Of a DNA stretch of 64,000 nt, positions 62,206 to 64,000 are shown one piece after another; within the stretch, counting starts at the first letter, position 1, and every line of letters begins with the position of its first letter. The notes beneath the pieces are model-generated. The model saw nothing but the letters and a program-made list of their open reading frames with translations, was not told where the DNA came from and made no database searches. Position numbers and translations under genes: made by a program. The DNA comes from Pecten maximus (Eukaryota): the NCBI RefSeq assembly GCF_902652985.1, contig NC_047021.1, positions 41,416,001-41,480,000 of the forward strand, written 5' to 3'.

Positions 62206-64000
62206 ACGTTTCTTTTATTTTGTAAATATATTGTAATGGAGACGACTCTTTGTTTATGAGGTCACTCTGTTGAGACATATCGAAAAATGAATTGACGAAA
62301 ATTAAATTGTTCTTTAAAAAAAACTCTCACAACTGGAAAGACGTCTTTGGGTGAAGAGACATAATCACATCTGAAGACCGCTATTTCTGATCAATAGCTC
62401 AATCTTAGTCAAAGTTTTCGAATATTTTTTTTTTTTTTTTTTTTTGTCGTCTGTTATTACGTTTTTGTATGACGAATCGATGGCGACAAAGAAATAAACT
62501 AGTTATTACATTATTCGAGGTCATGTCATTCAAAATAGTTTTTAATTTTCTGTAGAAGCATTAAACATATTAACGGCTCAAATGATGCGGGTTTCTCTTT
62601 CTCTTCCAGCCTTCACCGGCAAGGGATATAACAAAATCAGGCACACAATTTTCGTACAATGTGTTGTGTTTTTGAATTTGTTGTATTGAATTTGAGTTTA
62701 TTTCGATGGAAAATAAATTTATCAAAATTTAATTCAATTGACATTTACAAAATTTAAGAAAAGATTCTATTTACTAATATCATGTTTTCTGTAGCGATAA
62801 CATGTCAATTTCCTTGGTTCGATAAGAATATATGTTAGACAATAAACCAACCGATTCAACACGAGAATAGTTTTGATCGAATCATTTCTTCAAATGTTTT
62901 CGCAAAACTTTCAATACACAAATCCTACACACGCTGAAAACTGATTTGTTGTTTGATAGCTTATGGGCTTCAAGGTTATTTAGTAAGCATACACATAAAA
63001 CAAATTCGTGAGTGACACATTCCATCGAATTGAAATGGAAAATAGCACGTGACAGATGTGAAATCAAATTTAATTTACCTAAATCAAACAAAATATAGTC
63101 TGTTTATACATCTGAAGAATCTTCTAGGTGGAACTGTTGAAATATTCATGAGTTAGCGGCTGTGTTTTGAGCCCGGCCTGCTATATGGGGATGATATTAA
63201 ATTGTTTCTGTGTGAGTCGATGTTAAATATTCCGTGGTTTAAGTTTACTTAACTGGTTTGGAACAATTGATCAACGTGTAATTAGATTTATACTCTCGTA
63301 AAACGTCCGTCGGTGAAACTTGTTCTCGCATTCCAGGTGCAACTAGTCGATAAAATGTGTTTCCCAGACATCGGCAGTACTGGAACGCGCCAAGATAATT
63401 CAGATTAGTAAAAGTGGGTAGCTTCAGTCTCGGGAGTGTTACTACGTCTACCAAACAACATCACACAGGTTACTTTCAGAGACATTTGTACAGTTGTAAC
63501 ATCTGACACCAGGCCGTCCCTCACATTAGTATTTGACCTTCAGCTGTGACCTTGAACTTGACGTTATGTTCGTGTTCATAATTTCAAAACCTCAGATCCA
63601 GTTTAGTAAAAAGATACTATTGGTGTACGTAATAATATCACGCTTTGTCTGCTAGGAGAAGTCAGCTCAAAAGGTTCAATGCACGTAGTTGTACTGTGAT
63701 GAATATTTATAATATGTACACAATTCGCATCCATGTATATATATATACATTGCGATCTAGGTATTCAGATATTCTAATAGATGACTTCCACTATGATTAT
63801 GTCAGGGTATCGGGCCGACCATCACTGCGCCACTGAAACGTTCTTTTTTAAGAACGCGGATGTAGCGCAGCGGTATAAGCTGCGAGTATTTCTGGCTAGG
63901 CGATTTGGTGCTGTAGATCGTGAGTTCCGAGGCCCGGTCAGGGCACGAGTCATGAAGTTGTCTCCCTTGGTAATTTGTGTTACTACGTAATATCTATGTA

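Overview
This is AT-rich, intron-containing animal DNA, most likely a bivalve mollusc, judging from tRNA-derived V-, CORE- and Meta-type SINEs and Penelope-like RT remnants. The ORF track is mostly noise, so genes were reconstructed by hand from splice sites and phases. Main result: a + strand locus (4978-28934) in which four 5' exons encode a signal peptide and a ~135-aa six-cysteine CUB-like ectodomain, ending in a phase-1 donor at 7268. Four paralogous 3' cassettes follow in tandem (11952-13262, 18370-20239, 23125-24062, 28018-28934). Each starts at a phase-1 acceptor, has no in-frame Met before its TM helix, and encodes a TM helix, a Cys-rich juxtamembrane segment and a tail with 1-4 PPxY motifs, variable P(S/T)AP motifs and a terminal PPPSYYD(V/Y) motif. 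I found no copy of the ectodomain exons between cassettes. This suggests one receptor with four alternative membrane/cytoplasmic modules, which is an inference that needs RNA evidence. A convergent - strand paralog fragment (exons 60236-60104 and 48709-48534) appears to have a related ectodomain, a TM helix and a PDZ-type ETCV terminus. The rest is SINEs (two with TSDs), LINE/PLE remnants, MITE-like palindromes, many minisatellites and one 135-nt assembly gap.
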